64,000 nt of DNA from a virus: IMG/VR virus record IMGVR_UViG_3300021225_000468, positions 64,958-128,957 of that record. One strand, given 5' to 3'. The translations under genes and the position numbers were made by a program. This document shows, one piece after another, positions 39,257 to 48,332 of the stretch. A model generated the notes under the pieces. That model made no database searches. It was not told the DNA's origin and saw only the letters and a program-made list of their open reading frames with translations. Positions within the stretch are counted from its first letter, which is position 1, and each line of letters opens with the position of its first letter.

Positions 39257-39385
39257 CAAATAAACAAAAATGGACTATTGTTATTTATAAATAAAAATAT
39301 TAGACAAACCCACGCTTCCCATCTCGAAGGATAATGAAGAGAATAATACGTCTCCTAAGGTTTGTCTTCTTTTAAACTAAATAAT

Positions 39386-39583
39386 ATGAGCAAAATTCCT
39401 ATTGGCAGATATGAAGATGGTAGCATTAAACATTGCTACTTTCGGAGGAGTAAACACAATCGAATTAAACGAAATGGATTTAGTAAGATTAGATATAGAA
39501 TGTTTATTGCAGGTTGGATTAAACAAGAATCTGCAACTGACAGATACATAGAAAGACAAAAAACAAATAATCATGATAAATGA
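39386..39583 (+). CDS. Small basic hypothetical protein
   Basis: MSKIPIGRY... ORF overlapping the next gene. Confidence 0.5.
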   Translation: MSKIPIGRYEDGSIKHCYFRRSKHNRIKRNGFSKIRYRMFIAGWIKQESATDRYIERQKTNNHDK

Positions 39584-39824
39584 AGTAACAAAAGTATTCT
39601 CTGACATGACTGATTTGGAATTGTCACATGCTATCAGAGAAATGAAAGAAGATGGACCTAAGGGTATTATTCGTGAAAACGGTGTTGTTCGTGAAAAGTG
39701 CAAAATGGTACAGATAATTACTGGTGCAACAACTGCTTATGAACATCTTATGATGACTCAGTTTTCAATCTTACAAGAAGCTGCATATCGGTTTACACCT
39801 AACTTAGATTTACTACATAAATGA
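39573..39824 (+). CDS. Hypothetical protein
   Basis: 83-aa ORF. Confidence 0.6.
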   Translation: MINEVTKVFSDMTDLELSHAIREMKEDGPKGIIRENGVVREKCKMVQIITGATTAYEHLMMTQFSILQEAAYRFTPNLDLLHK

Positions 39825-39938
39825 AGTTTATGCAAAAATTCATAACACATATTCTATATCCCTTTCTGTCAGTAATGGCGATTTTTGCCTTTTGGTTAAT
39901 CGCCATAGAAATACAAAAAATGAGAAAGACTAAATAAT

Positions 39939-40030
39939 GGTCAGGTGGCGCAGGGGTAGCGTATTGGTGAGTAATCCGTTTCATCGGAACCAAAAGACAA
40001 GGGTCACAGGTTCGAGTCCTGTCCTGACCG
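39939..40030 (+). ncRNA. tRNA-like RNA F
   Basis: GGTCAGG/CCTGACC-G (compensatory G1-C72), D-arm GCGC/GCGT, TTGGT/ACCAA stem extended by a bulge and TCCG/CGGA hairpin, T arm. Confidence 0.72.
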
Positions 40031-40105
40031 CTTAAAATATTATTGACAATTTTTTTGTTAATAATTTTTATTTTTGTACATTTAACTATTAAACAAAATT
40101 CAAAA

Positions 40106-40426
40106 ATGCAAAAGGTTCTTTTTTTATTTACATTAATGCTTATCGCATTTTCGTCATGTGTTTCTGAACAAAGTGACGATTTGGTACAAACACCAAACAG
40201 GAACAATTCAATTGAAGTCAAAATTGAAGTAATCCATCAAGGTAATTTGGATATTCTCAAGACAACTAAAGATGTTTGGGTAAAAAATACCTTAAAACAT
40301 TCATACGTTAATTTTGATACCATGCCTACCCTTGGTGATACTGTGACAATGGTTCAAGATGAAAAGGGAGATGATAAGTATGTAAGATTACCAAAAGATT
40401 ACGAAATTTATATAACAGTTAAGTAA
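40106..40426 (+). CDS. Putative lipoprotein
   Basis: Signal peptide with lipobox-like AFSSC. Confidence 0.65.
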   Translation: MQKVLFLFTLMLIAFSSCVSEQSDDLVQTPNRNNSIEVKIEVIHQGNLDILKTTKDVWVKNTLKHSYVNFDTMPTLGDTVTMVQDEKGDDKYVRLPKDYEIYITVK

Positions 40427-40427
40427 T

Positions 40428-40760
40428 ATGAAAAAGAGCAAAATCGTAAATTTAATTCTGATAACATCTGCTCTCGCATCTTGTCATCAGAAACAAGAAA
40501 AAAAGAAGAATGTTTACATGAGAGGTGATTCTACCGCTTCATATTCAAGAAGTCATGGTGGTAGTAATGCCTTATTGTGGTATTATGCCTTCAGACCATA
40601 TGGACACTATGAAAATGGTGCATATCATAGAGCAGGGTACTACAACAATGCAATTCCCGCAACATCAAATTTCGGTAGGAATACATACAAAACACATAGT
40701 TCAACTCATCGTGGTGGGTTTGGAGGACGTTCAAGTAGTTCATTCAGAGCGACATCATAA
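40428..40760 (+). CDS. Lipoprotein, YgiB/DUF1190-like partner of GSP synthase
   Basis: LASC lipobox, C-terminal RGGFGG.S tail, directly upstream of the GSP-synthase-like gene. Confidence 0.65.
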   Translation: MKKSKIVNLILITSALASCHQKQEKKKNVYMRGDSTASYSRSHGGSNALLWYYAFRPYGHYENGAYHRAGYYNNAIPATSNFGRNTYKTHSSTHRGGFGGRSSSSFRATS

Positions 40761-40765
40761 ATAAC

Positions 40766-41899
40766 ATGAAAAGGGTAAAGATAACACCAAGAAATGGTTG
40801 GCAGAAGAAGGTTGAATCTCTCGGATTCGGATTTCATTCAACCAATGTTCCATATTGGGACGAATCTGCATACTATCAATTTAGTATGGATGAAATACTT
40901 GCTATTGAAAAAGCAACCGAGAATTTATGGGAAATGTGTTTGAATGCTGTTCAATATGTCATTGATAATGACATGTATGATAAGTTCAAGATACCATCAT
41001 GGATGATACCCATGATTGAAAAATCTTGGAACGAAGACCATCCCTCAATCTATGGTAGATTTGATTTGGCAGTAAAAAATGGTCAAATTAAAATGCTTGA
41101 GTTCAATGCCGATACACCAACAAGTCTATATGAGACAGGTATTGTGCAATGGTTTTGGCTCCAAGATTTTGATAAAGACAAAGACCAGTTCAATTCCGTT
41201 CATGAAAAGTTGATAGCATATTGGGAATATCTCAAAGATTATCTTTACAAACACAAAGTTCATTTTGCATGTGTTAAGAAAAGTCTTGAAGATTTAACCA
41301 CGGTTGAATACATGAGAGACACCGCCATGCAAGCAGGATTGGATACCAAACTTTTATTTATTGATGATATTGGATGGGATTCCGATAGAAGAGTTTTTGT
41401 TGACATGGAAGAGGAGGATATCAAAAACATATTTAAACTTTATCCATGGGAATGGTTGGTTGAAGAACAGTTTGGTAGAAATATTGAAATTGATTCAAAT
41501 CGAGCATTGTGGATTGAACCATCATGGAAAATGATTTTGTCAAACAAAGCGATTCTTCCAATTTTATGGTATCTCAATCCTAACCATCCACTTCTTCTCA
41601 AGTCATATTTCGACCAAGGTGATTTGGTTGATTATGTCAAAAAACCAATTCTTTCAAGAGAAGGTTCAAATATCCAAATCGTTAAAAACGGTGAGGTCAT
41701 TGAAAAGACAGGTGGTGAATATGGTAACGAAGGGTTCATCTATCAAGAACTTTTTGAACTTCCTGAATTTGACAACAACCGAGCATTAATCGGAAGTTGG
41801 GTAATCGGACAAGAACCTGCGGGTATGGGAATACGTGAACAAGAATCACTCATCACAGGAAATCTATCAAGGTTTGTACCACATCTAATTCAAGATTAA
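40766..41899 (+). CDS. Glutathionylspermidine synthase family ATP-grasp ligase (YgiC/YjfC-like)
   Basis: YWDESAYYQF, YGRFDL, EFNADTPTSL.E, FKLYPWE, SNKAILP, KPILSREG.N, GIRE. Confidence 0.92.
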   Translation: MKRVKITPRNGWQKKVESLGFGFHSTNVPYWDESAYYQFSMDEILAIEKATENLWEMCLNAVQYVIDNDMYDKFKIPSWMIPMIEKSWNEDHPSIYGRFDLAVKNGQIKMLEFNADTPTSLYETGIVQWFWLQDFDKDKDQFNSVHEKLIAYWEYLKDYLYKHKVHFACVKKSLEDLTTVEYMRDTAMQAGLDTKLLFIDDIGWDSDRRVFVDMEEEDIKNIFKLYPWEWLVEEQFGRNIEIDSNRALWIEPSWKMILSNKAILPILWYLNPNHPLLLKSYFDQGDLVDYVKKPILSREGSNIQIVKNGEVIEKTGGEYGNEGFIYQELFELPEFDNNRALIGSWVIGQEPAGMGIREQESLITGNLSRFVPHLIQD

Positions 41900-41900
41900 T

Positions 41901-42302
41901 ATGGAAATCAAAACTAAATTTGATTTAGGACAAAGAGTTTATATTATTCAAAAATCAGGACAACTTATAAAACGACATTGTCCTGCTTGCAACGGTAATG
42001 GAAATATCGTAAATGAAAAAAATTTTGTATTTCATTGTGAAAACTGTCAGGGTTCTGGTATAACAGAAACGTGGTACAGCACCAATTGGCAAATAGCATA
42101 TGAAAAAGCCAAAATAGGTAGAGTTGGTGTTGAATTATACAGAGAAACCTTTATAAATAGAGGTTCTGAGAAGAATCGTATAACATATATGGTGGATGAA
42201 ACAGGTGTCGGTAGTGGGAGTCTTTGGAACGAAGATGATATTTTTGCAACTAAAGAAGAAGCATTGGAAGAATGTGAAAAGAGAAATTTAGTTCTTCAAT
42301 AA
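41901..42302 (+). CDS. Protein with DnaJ-type CxxCxGxG zinc finger
   Basis: CPACNGNG and CENCQGSG. Confidence 0.7.
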   Translation: MEIKTKFDLGQRVYIIQKSGQLIKRHCPACNGNGNIVNEKNFVFHCENCQGSGITETWYSTNWQIAYEKAKIGRVGVELYRETFINRGSEKNRITYMVDETGVGSGSLWNEDDIFATKEEALEECEKRNLVLQ

Positions 42303-42311
42303 ACACAAAAT

Positions 42312-42578
42312 ATGATAAATTTTATAAAGAAACTCATTCCTGTTGAGATTAAAATAAAATCTTTATACTGGAAACAGAAAGAAAGAGAAATGGAATCTGA
42401 TTTGATTAAAATATATCATAAATTGGATATTGATGAATATGATGGTGTACAGCAAATGATTGATGAATTTCATCAGAAATGGGACGGAATGAAAATGCCA
42501 TTATGGTTGGGTCTCAAATCTGCAGAAATATCAAGAGCACAATCAATGTATGTTTTTTTAACCGCAGAAATGGAATAA
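42312..42578 (+). CDS. Hypothetical protein
   Basis: 88-aa ORF in operon. Confidence 0.6.
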   Translation: MINFIKKLIPVEIKIKSLYWKQKEREMESDLIKIYHKLDIDEYDGVQQMIDEFHQKWDGMKMPLWLGLKSAEISRAQSMYVFLTAEME

Positions 42579-42579
42579 C

Positions 42580-42798
42580 ATGAGAATTTTAGAACTTCAA
42601 AAGTACGCTGAAGATAATGGTTTTGATTCTGTAAGATTCAAATTTATTGGACCAACAGGAAAAACAGTAATCTGTCAATGGTTGGATGCGTACATGGGAT
42701 TATTCAAAATAGATGGTGTTAGTGGTTTTACAACTGTTAACAGTTTCATTAATCATTTTGGAATGGATACTATTGAATTTGAACTTATTGAAAATTAA
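42580..42798 (+). CDS. Hypothetical protein
   Basis: 72-aa ORF in operon. Confidence 0.6.
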   Translation: MRILELQKYAEDNGFDSVRFKFIGPTGKTVICQWLDAYMGLFKIDGVSGFTTVNSFINHFGMDTIEFELIEN

Positions 42799-42825
42799 AA
42801 AAAAATTTCGTATATTTGATTTATA

Positions 42826-42902
42826 GGACCCTTATCGGCTCTCGCTCATAACGAGTTGAAACCGTAGCTGGTTACACGCAGGTTCGAACCCTGCAGGGTC
42901 CA
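42826..42902 (+). tRNA. Atypical tRNA(CAU) lacking a D-arm
   Basis: GGACCCT/AGGGTCC-A, CTCG-CTCATAA-CGAG, GCAGG-TTCGAAC-CCTGC; only about 8 nt where the D-arm should be. Confidence 0.55.
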
Positions 42903-42909
42903 CTAAAAT

Positions 42910-42982
42910 GTCTCCTTAGCTCAATGGTTAGAGCATTTCACTGTTAATGAAGAGGTTCTTGGTTCGAGTCCAAGAGGGGACG
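42910..42982 (+). tRNA. tRNA-Asn(GUU)
   Basis: GTCTCCT/AGGGGAC-G; TTTCA-CTGTTAA-TGAAG; canonical D and T arms. Confidence 0.9.
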
Positions 42983-43176
42983 CAATGATTATAAAATTAT
43001 TTTACCTATTAATAGGGTTAATTTATAGTTTTGGGATTCCATTAATAATGTTAGATATTGGTATTTGGTTTTCTGAAAAAAATGAAAAAAATATATGAAA
43101 TTAATTATCATTATGTTGTTTATTTTGTTTATAATTGTAAAGGCGATGCCTTTATTTATAGACAAAAAAGATAACA

Positions 43177-43794
43177 ATGGAGAACAATTATGATTCCTCT
43201 GCAGAAACATTAAAACACATTCGTAGGGTTAACGATTTAATTATTGATGTTTGTTACGAATTACTGCAAAGAGCGAAAAAACATGACCAATCAAAGTTGG
43301 AGGAACCTGAAAAGTCCACTTTTGATGAAGTAACACCACTCCTGAAAGATTTAAAATTTGGTTCAGAAGAATATACTGAAGCCACAAGGAGAATCAAACC
43401 AGCATTAGACCATCACTATTCCGTTAATTCCCATCATCCACAACATTATAAGGATGGGATTAACGGAATGAATTTATTTGATATAGTCGAAATGTTTTGT
43501 GATTGGAACGCTGCAGGTGAAAGAACAAAAGATGGTAACATTTATAATTCTATTGAAGTTAATTCAGAAAGATTTGGTATATCAAAACAACTCAAAAAAA
43601 TATTAATTAATACTGCAGAAATAATAAAATCAAGAAAAACTATTGATAGAGAATTAACTTATAAAGAACGATATGATATATGGTTTTCAAATAACTATGA
43701 AACAGGAATGGAAAAAAATTATGATATTGTTCCTGACTTTGATAATCCATTTTACACTCCAACTCCAAAAAAAATAAAAATAACATATGAGTAA
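43177..43794 (+). CDS. HD-like protein (DUF5662-like) with C-terminal extension
   Basis: HIRRV, HDQSK, HHY..NSHHPQH, EMFCDW. Confidence 0.7.
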   Translation: MENNYDSSAETLKHIRRVNDLIIDVCYELLQRAKKHDQSKLEEPEKSTFDEVTPLLKDLKFGSEEYTEATRRIKPALDHHYSVNSHHPQHYKDGINGMNLFDIVEMFCDWNAAGERTKDGNIYNSIEVNSERFGISKQLKKILINTAEIIKSRKTIDRELTYKERYDIWFSNNYETGMEKNYDIVPDFDNPFYTPTPKKIKITYE

Positions 43795-43987
43795 CAAATT
43801 TAAAATTGGCGACAAAGTTTATAAACCAAAAGGATATAAATTTCCTGGAACAGTGGTTTCTATTTTTCAAACAACATCGGGAGACACAAGAATTGTAGCA
43901 GAAATGAGAGATAATGGTATGCTACATATTTTTAATGAAAATCAATTAGAATTGGAAATTGACAAACCAAAAGAAACAATTTATTGA
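43787..43987 (+). CDS. Small SH3/KOW-like protein
   Basis: KFKIGDKV.K..GY.F.G.V...HIFNENQL. Confidence 0.6.
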   Translation: MSNKFKIGDKVYKPKGYKFPGTVVSIFQTTSGDTRIVAEMRDNGMLHIFNENQLELEIDKPKETIY

Positions 43988-43988
43988 T

Positions 43989-44231
43989 ATGGCAAAAGCA
44001 ATTCTTGAGTTTGATTTAAACGAACCTGATGATGTTATTGCACATAAACGTGCGGTGATGTCTTATGAATTAACCGCAGCATTATTGGATATTGAACAAT
44101 ATCTTAGGAGTCAAACTAAGTATAATGATAACTTGTCAAAAGAAGCATATGACGCTTTGGATGCAACAAGAGAACAATTTTATAACATACTTAGAAATCG
44201 AAATATATCCTTTGATGAATTAATAAATTAA
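43989..44231 (+). CDS. Hypothetical protein
   Basis: MAKAILEFDL... ORF. Confidence 0.65.
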   Translation: MAKAILEFDLNEPDDVIAHKRAVMSYELTAALLDIEQYLRSQTKYNDNLSKEAYDALDATREQFYNILRNRNISFDELIN

Positions 44232-44234
44232 ACT

Positions 44235-44438
44235 ATGAATCTACAAGAAGCTAAACTTGTCCTTGATTGGGCAAAACAAAAATTAGATTATGCAAATGGG
44301 TCAAAACATTCAGACCCCGAAAGTTATCAAAAAAAATTTGATAAATATAAAATGATTCAAATTTTATATGACAAAATGTGCGAAGATTGGATTGAAAATA
44401 ATATTGAAAATAAACAATTGAACAACCCAAGTTTATGA
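44235..44438 (+). CDS. Hypothetical protein
   Basis: 67-aa ORF. Confidence 0.55.
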   Translation: MNLQEAKLVLDWAKQKLDYANGSKHSDPESYQKKFDKYKMIQILYDKMCEDWIENNIENKQLNNPSL

Positions 44439-44848
44439 ATAAAGAAAGATACAATCAGCTTATTGATGAGGCGTATGAGAATTATTCCAAAGAATACGAA
44501 AAAGATAATTCAGTAGGTACGACTTTACTTATTAAAAGAGTAGATGGGAAATCAGTCTATCGTAAACCTGACAGAGAAATGTTCATAGCTATGCGCACCT
44601 ACGATAAAACATTCTCAGAAAGGTGGGGACTGAAGATTGAGGAAAGAGAGTTGAGTGAAAGTGAAATATGGGATTATATACACAAAAATGATATTAAAAT
44701 CAAACACCAACATGCGGTATTATACAGTCATGAAGTTGGAAGTGAATTGAGAAGTTCGTTTGTACAAACCTTAAAAGAAAATTATAACATCCCAACCAAA
44801 CTAATTACAGTCACATATAAAAATGAAAAAACAGAAATTTATGAATAA
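44435..44848 (+). CDS. Paralogue family 'MNKERYNQ' member 1
   Basis: Blocks MNKERYNQ.IDEAY / WGLKIEERELS / IPTKLITVTY..EK.EIYE. Confidence 0.75.
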   Translation: MNKERYNQLIDEAYENYSKEYEKDNSVGTTLLIKRVDGKSVYRKPDREMFIAMRTYDKTFSERWGLKIEERELSESEIWDYIHKNDIKIKHQHAVLYSHEVGSELRSSFVQTLKENYNIPTKLITVTYKNEKTEIYE

Positions 44849-45056
44849 TATGGATAAAAAAATAGAAGAAGCCGCAGAATTGGCTAAAAAATTTGAAGAA
44901 CAAACTAATCAAATTTTAAATGACAATAACACACCACAGGAATTAAAAGATATCATATTGGATACAAGAATTCCTGATAATAAAATTATTGATTTGTCTG
45001 GAGGTAAAAGAATAAAAAGAATAAACCCTGATACATTTGAAATCGAATATGAATAA
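44841..45056 (+). CDS. Hypothetical protein
   Basis: ORF coupled by ATGAATAA overlaps at both ends. Confidence 0.55.
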   Translation: MNNMDKKIEEAAELAKKFEEQTNQILNDNNTPQELKDIILDTRIPDNKIIDLSGGKRIKRINPDTFEIEYE

Positions 45057-45459
45057 AGAAAGATACAATCAGATTATTGATGAGGCGTATAAGAATTACG
45101 CATATAGTCATTGGACCCCACCTGAAAATCCTAATAGTAAATTATTAGCACCTCAATTATGGTCGTTAATACCGATGCAACATAATAAAGAGTCATTCAT
45201 ACATGAAATAAAAACCAATGCAGAGTTCTCAGAAAAATGGGGATTGAAGATTGAAGAAAGAGAGTTGAGTTTGGAAGAAAGATATGAAATACGATGTAAA
45301 AAGGAAAATATTAGAAATGATTGGGAACAATTTTATTCAACATTCGGTGGTTACAAAAATGAAATGGACTCATTGAAAAAATCATTGAATGGTAATAACA
45401 TCCCAACCAAACTAATAACCGTCACATATAAAAATGAAAAAACAGAAATTTATGAATAA
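45049..45459 (+). CDS. Paralogue family 'MNKERYNQ' member 2
   Basis: Same three conserved blocks. Confidence 0.75.
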   Translation: MNKERYNQIIDEAYKNYAYSHWTPPENPNSKLLAPQLWSLIPMQHNKESFIHEIKTNAEFSEKWGLKIEERELSLEERYEIRCKKENIRNDWEQFYSTFGGYKNEMDSLKKSLNGNNIPTKLITVTYKNEKTEIYE

Positions 45460-45661
45460 AAAAATAACAGAGATATTTGTTATTATTTCGATTATTCTTA
45501 TGTGTATAACAATATTACTATTCGTTATTGGTATTTGTTTTTTTGACACAAATGAATTATTAGTGACTATTGTTAAGTTATCTATTGTTGGTACAGTAAT
45601 CTCATTTTCTGTTTTTTTTATTTTGTGGGCATTTGATGTATTAATAAATCAAAAGTTATGA
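45452..45661 (+). CDS. Two-TM membrane protein
   Basis: Two hydrophobic helices. Confidence 0.6.
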   Translation: MNKKITEIFVIISIILMCITILLFVIGICFFDTNELLVTIVKLSIVGTVISFSVFFILWAFDVLINQKL

Positions 45662-45876
45662 ATAACGAATTTCAACCAAGAAAAGGACTATCTGAAAGAT
45701 ACAGTAAAAATTCTTTTAGTCCTGAAGAAATAGAAAATGCGAAAGATGTTATCAAGTTGAAAAATGAACTTATTCAAAAGTACTTGGACAAAGGATATAC
45801 ACAAGAGCAGGCAGAGGTAATAACTTATAGGGTTATGTACATACCAGGATTTAGTGGACCAACATTTGTAGATTAA
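45658..45876 (+). CDS. Hypothetical protein
   Basis: 72-aa ORF. Confidence 0.55.
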   Translation: MNNEFQPRKGLSERYSKNSFSPEEIENAKDVIKLKNELIQKYLDKGYTQEQAEVITYRVMYIPGFSGPTFVD

Positions 45877-45879
45877 TAT

Positions 45880-46290
45880 ATGAACAACGAAAGATACAAC
45901 CAAATCATTGATGAGGCGTATGAGAATTATAAAAAAATCTCTAATAATTTTCAATTAGAGAATCCTATTGATGATTTAATTATCAAAACTCTAAAAGGTG
46001 AAATGATTAAAATTGAAACTGAAGATGGTGACGATTATAGAATTTTATCAAAAGAAGAGTTCATCAACAAATGTAAAACCGACCCAGAGTTATCAAAAAG
46101 GTGGGGATTGAAGATTGAGGAAAGAGAGTTGAGCACGGAAGAAAGAAATCAATGGTTTCATATTAATCGGAATGCGAACAATCCATTAATGAAGGCAGAT
46201 TGGAAATTTTATGAATTGGACCAACAAAATGTGCCGACTAAATTAATCACTGTTACATATCAAGAAAACAAAATAGAAATTTATGAATAA
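45880..46290 (+). CDS. Paralogue family 'MNKERYNQ' member 3
   Basis: Same three conserved blocks. Confidence 0.75.
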   Translation: MNNERYNQIIDEAYENYKKISNNFQLENPIDDLIIKTLKGEMIKIETEDGDDYRILSKEEFINKCKTDPELSKRWGLKIEERELSTEERNQWFHINRNANNPLMKADWKFYELDQQNVPTKLITVTYQENKIEIYE

Positions 46291-46531
46291 AAGAGTTTAT
46301 AAACAATGGGAAGACATTTATCCACTAACCTTAATTAATCTACGGTATGGTGGATATGTTGCATTTAATGCTGAAGAAGATGCTGGTTTCGTTCAGGATG
46401 TAAACACAGAGGAAGTTAGTTATCATTTAGAAGCATGGTTAGAAGAAAATGTTGACCCTTGTCCGTATGGTGTTGGTGAAACAATAATGGACGCAATGAA
46501 TAACCTTTTAGAAACAATGAATAAAATTTAG
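46283..46531 (+). CDS. Hypothetical protein
   Basis: 82-aa ORF. Confidence 0.6.
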   Translation: MNKRVYKQWEDIYPLTLINLRYGGYVAFNAEEDAGFVQDVNTEEVSYHLEAWLEENVDPCPYGVGETIMDAMNNLLETMNKI

Positions 46532-46661
46532 ATATGAATAGCATTACCGATATCAACCAATCACAAGTAAAACAGTCATCACCGCAAATGTTATGTGAAG
46601 CTTGTTATAAAGAAAATTGTTGACATCAAAAATTAATAAATTGGTTAAAAAAAATTAAATT

Positions 46662-46922
46662 ATGAATAACGAACCAAAGTTTCAAATAGTCACGCAAGAG
46701 ATATTAGAAACAATGCATTTAAAGTATTATTCATCAGGTAAAAAATTAAAAGAAGGTGACTTAATAATACCTGGTCTTACAATATCATATGCAAATATAA
46801 ATGGACATGCTCCACAAAATTTATATAGTCACGATGACGCATCTTCTTTAAACCTTAATATATTTGTTTGGGATAAAGAAAAAAATTCACTATCTCAATT
46901 ATATAGCATAGTAGAAAAATAG
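46662..46922 (+). CDS. Hypothetical protein
   Basis: 86-aa ORF. Confidence 0.55.
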   Translation: MNNEPKFQIVTQEILETMHLKYYSSGKKLKEGDLIIPGLTISYANINGHAPQNLYSHDDASSLNLNIFVWDKEKNSLSQLYSIVEK

Positions 46923-46928
46923 AAGTTT

Positions 46929-47183
46929 ATGAATATCGGAAGACACCAAGCATCTTGGAACGCATGGATAGAATCACCTAAATCTGATAATATAGAAATT
47001 CAGATAAGACAGTGGGCTACTCTTAATAATGTCAATATAATATCACTGTATTCAAAAGATTGTCACCGAGACTTTTTTGATAAATTGCTTGGAATAAAAA
47101 GAGAAACCATATTTTTTCATATAGAAGGTGATTTTGAAAAATTGAACGAATTGAAAAACATTTTTATGGAACGAGTTAATTGA
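46929..47183 (+). CDS. Hypothetical protein
   Basis: 84-aa ORF. Confidence 0.55.
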   Translation: MNIGRHQASWNAWIESPKSDNIEIQIRQWATLNNVNIISLYSKDCHRDFFDKLLGIKRETIFFHIEGDFEKLNELKNIFMERVN

Positions 47184-47202
47184 AAATGTAAAAAATAAAA
47201 TT

Positions 47203-47496
47203 ATGAAATGGAAAATTAGAAAACCAAATGTGAAACCAATCCCATCTGAGCCAAATATTGGCGACACAAAAGTTATTAAGAAGTTTGCTTGGCTACCAAA
47301 AAAACATAAGAGCTATCAATACTGGTTGCAGTTTTATCAGGAAGTTTATGAATGGAAAACATTTGATTATTGGGAAAGAGTCCCAAATGAAAGGTTTGAT
47401 ATTGAAGGCGGCTGGAATCAATGGGCAATAGAAAAGTATGGTGTCTTGAAAAAGTTCACAAAAACTGATTGGAAACTGATAGAAACTAGATTTTAA
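47203..47496 (+). CDS. Trp-rich hypothetical protein
   Basis: KKFAWLP...WLQFY motif. Confidence 0.6.
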   Translation: MKWKIRKPNVKPIPSEPNIGDTKVIKKFAWLPKKHKSYQYWLQFYQEVYEWKTFDYWERVPNERFDIEGGWNQWAIEKYGVLKKFTKTDWKLIETRF

Positions 47497-47500
47497 AATT

Positions 47501-47689
47501 ATGCAAAAAGTAGAAATTGACATTGAAACTTTAAGAGGGATATTTTTGATACTCTGTGGTGTTCCGTATAATCACAGTGGTGCTGAAGTTAATAAAAATG
47601 CAATACCTCTAATGGAAAAGTCTCACAAAGAAATTATTGAACTAGGAAAAAAAATGGGATTTGATATCCGTGGATATGACATAAAATAA
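47501..47689 (+). CDS. Hypothetical protein
   Basis: 62-aa ORF. Confidence 0.5.
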   Translation: MQKVEIDIETLRGIFLILCGVPYNHSGAEVNKNAIPLMEKSHKEIIELGKKMGFDIRGYDIK

Positions 47690-47696
47690 TAAAATC

Positions 47697-48332
47697 ATGA
47701 GATATACAAAATCAGAAGTATTAGATATTATAAAATCTTGTTGCTCAGAAGATGCTGAGACAATTCTTATCAATTGGGAAAGAAAAAAAAGTAACACACT
47801 TTTGGACCTTGAAAAATATCCATATCCTTTATTTGTTTACTCTTTTCCCTTAATTATAGAGAGTGAAGAAGTGGCAACAATCACACTTGTTGATTTATAT
47901 TATGGTGGAAATTTAGAGAAATCAGAAATGTTTTTAATGCCAAAGTATTTTGGTATTGAAGAATATGAAAAATCTTGGAAAGATTTTTCTCATGATACTT
48001 TAAAATTTTGTTATCTAACAATTCATAAAAAATTTAAATTAACTGAAATTGTAGAAGGATTTTTTGCAGGAACATATAAGTCAGTGGATGCTGAAGGTGA
48101 AGAATTTGAATTTAGAATATCTTATGGTTATCCTGAAAAAGAAAATGATGGATACATGTACGAGTCTTATGTGGATAAGGCTTATCGTTTCGATAATGAT
48201 GTGAATATTCAATTTTTAAATGGACCAAAAAATGGTTGGTCATTGGGTAAAAAAATAAATGAAAGAATAAACGAAAGATTAAAAAATATGAATTATGATA
48301 ATATTAGTAAAACAACCGACATTTCTAATTAA
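47697..48332 (+). CDS. Hypothetical protein
   Basis: 211-aa ORF. Confidence 0.7.
   Translation: MRYTKSEVLDIIKSCCSEDAETILINWERKKSNTLLDLEKYPYPLFVYSFPLIIESEEVATITLVDLYYGGNLEKSEMFLMPKYFGIEEYEKSWKDFSHDTLKFCYLTIHKKFKLTEIVEGFFAGTYKSVDAEGEEFEFRISYGYPEKENDGYMYESYVDKAYRFDNDVNIQFLNGPKNGWSLGKKINERINERLKNMNYDNISKTTDISN

Noticed and set aside
36762-39259. Minus-strand ORFs across the tRNA region (36762, 36779, 37359, 38276, 38891)
   Set aside because: They are antisense translations of tRNA or intron sequence; the GFEP motif is the reverse complement of the T-arm.
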